Positions 62,790 to 64,000 of a DNA stretch of 64,000 bases are shown piece by piece. The number at the start of each line of letters is the position of its first letter. Positions within the stretch are counted from its first letter, which is position 1. Both the position numbers and the translations under genes were made by a program. The stretch is taken from positions 44,890-108,889 of the forward strand of contig JAVYRX010000001.1 in assembly GCA_038729485.1 (NCBI GenBank), read 5' to 3'. The notes under the pieces are model-generated. The model made no database searches and was not told where the DNA came from. It was given only the letters and a program-made list of their open reading frames with translations. Origin of the DNA: Thermoplasmatales archaeon (GTDB lineage Archaea; Thermoplasmatota; Thermoplasmata; Thermoplasmatales; GCA-001856825).

Positions 62790-64000
62790 CTAAACGGGAG
62801 CAGGTGGCATTCTTTCCTTTGCCTCCATTACTATAGCTGTTACTCTTTTCTTGAACTCCTGAAATCCTTCCGGGGAAATTGGATAATTGTTGTATATAGA
62901 GTTCAGTTCTTTCATCTTCCCTACGGTCCAAACAAGATCCTTGAAGGTTTTCAGTGCGGTGATTCCCCTGACCAGCTTTCCAACCTTCTTGGTTAGGGAA
63001 AGCTCAGGTATCCTTCCATATGTTATTTCTACGGCTTCTTCGTAAGTTATGAAACTCTTCATTCCATAATCTATGTCTTTGTTGCTCATTGACTGTAGAA
63101 ATATTCTGAATACCTCCATTCCGGCCATGCTTTTGCCGTACTGCTTTACATAGTCTTTATTGAATTCCCAGAGGCCAGAAAGAGTAACGTCGTTTGCCTC
63201 CACGGCCCTCGCAGCAGCCTTGCCAGCTAGTATACCGCCAATTAGGGCAGGACCTATCCCTCCAGCGCTGAGAGGGTTCGGGGACGCCATCGAATCCCCG
63301 GAGCCTATGTATCCTGGGAAAACCATGCCTTCCATCTGCCTTCTAACGCTCACGCTCCAGTAACCCTCCCCGTTACTGAATGAGTTATCCAGGGAATATC
63401 GCTTGAAAACTGGGTTCCATTTCACGTATTTTTCTATCAAAGATTTTAGGTTGTCCTTCTGTCCAAGTTTCTTGTTTCTTATGTCCAAGCTTTTCTGCTG
63501 CACTCCAAGACCCACGTTCACCCTTTTCCCCGTCTTTGGAAATACCCAACCATAGCCGCCGGGCGCCATTTCTTGATTAAGATGTATCAAGGCATTTCTT
63601 TCGTCGTAATATCTTGCGTCGTTGTATCCGTCCTCCAGTTTGTATATAAATCTACCAGTGAGCTCAATGTCGTCATAGTCAATGTCCCTATCTATGAATG
63701 GATTCTCCGGAAGCTTTCTCCTGAGAAGAGACGATATCCCCAGCGCATCAATAACGACCTTTCCCCTTATTTTTTCCTCCTCACCCTTCTCATTTTTTCC
63801 GTATATTCCCTTGACAGTTCCACCTTCTATTATCGGCCCTTCAACGCTGAATTTTCCTTTGAATTCAACGCCATTTTTAATCGCTTGGTCAAAAATAGCC
63901 TTTCCAAAAAGCGGTCTTTCCAAACTGTACCCCTCCCCTTCAAAGGGTAGCTTATAATCTAAATCGGGCGAAACGGCTATGACACCGTCAACCTTCAATC
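62790..64000 (-). CDS. geranylgeranyl reductase-family FAD-dependent oxidoreductase, partial (N-terminus beyond window end)
   Basis: VVIDALGISS, GGYGWVFPKTGKRVNVGLG and GSGDSMASPNPLSAGGIGPALIGG parallel T. acidophilum GGR. The FAD GxGxxG start is not in the window, and the frame is open to position 64000. Confidence 0.75.
   Translation of the reverse strand, partial: LKVDGVIAVSPDLDYKLPFEGEGYSLERPLFGKAIFDQAIKNGVEFKGKFSVEGPIIEGGTVKGIYGKNEKGEEEKIRGKVVIDALGISSLLRRKLPENPFIDRDIDYDDIELTGRFIYKLEDGYNDARYYDERNALIHLNQEMAPGGYGWVFPKTGKRVNVGLGVQQKSLDIRNKKLGQKDNLKSLIEKYVKWNPVFKRYSLDNSFSNGEGYWSVSVRRQMEGMVFPGYIGSGDSMASPNPLSAGGIGPALIGGILAGKAAARAVEANDVTLSGLWEFNKDYVKQYGKSMAGMEVFRIFLQSMSNKDIDYGMKSFITYEEAVEITYGRIPELSLTKKVGKLVRGITALKTFKDLVWTVGKMKELNSIYNNYPISPEGFQEFKKRVTAIVMEAKERMPPAPV

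Noticed and set aside
1-64000. CRISPR arrays, rRNA genes, intact IS elements/transposases, toxin-antitoxin or recognisable defence-system genes
   Set aside because: I scanned intergenic regions and ORF products and found no regularly spaced repeats, no rRNA-like sequence, and no transposase, Cas, restriction or abortive-infection signatures. The only mobile-element trace is the integrase relic. The PIN-domain gene is the housekeeping Nob1 type (PIN plus zinc ribbon).

Overview
Dense archaeal chromosomal window. It looks Thermoplasmata-like, which is inference from gene content: XPD, EndA, Nob1, Sm+L37e, archease, CarS, a GGR-family reductase and AglB, plus a bacterial-type grpE-dnaK-dnaJ operon and heme O synthase. 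GC looks moderate to low by eye and was not computed. I can support about 65 protein genes, 3 tRNAs (Glu-UUC, His-GUG, Ala-GGC), one decayed tyrosine-integrase gene, and no CRISPR array or rRNA. Most content is housekeeping: LeuRS, GlyRS, PurF, Nth, MTA phosphorylase, MTA/SAH deaminase-like amidohydrolase, arginine decarboxylase, and a six-gene POR+IOR 2-oxoacid:ferredoxin oxidoreductase block. Four things stand out. (1) A 2,028-aa AglB/STT3 oligosaccharyltransferase is fused to about 1,100 aa of sequon-saturated beta-sandwich repeats, followed by a translationally coupled sequon-rich anchored protein with a similar C-terminal tail. (2) Two paralogous DtxR-family-regulator + His-motif membrane-protein cassettes share a nearly identical TATA / GTTAG-N7-CTAAC / ATG promoter-operator layout. 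(3) A KaiC-like ATPase pair has one member lacking the Walker-A lysine. (4) A tRNA-Ala-adjacent integrase relic carries an in-frame stop. One conserved gene, rpl37e, is missing from the ORF track and overlaps the purF start. Nothing here is a clear-cut new 'system'. The AglB locus and the duplicated metal cassettes are the best candidates for follow-up.
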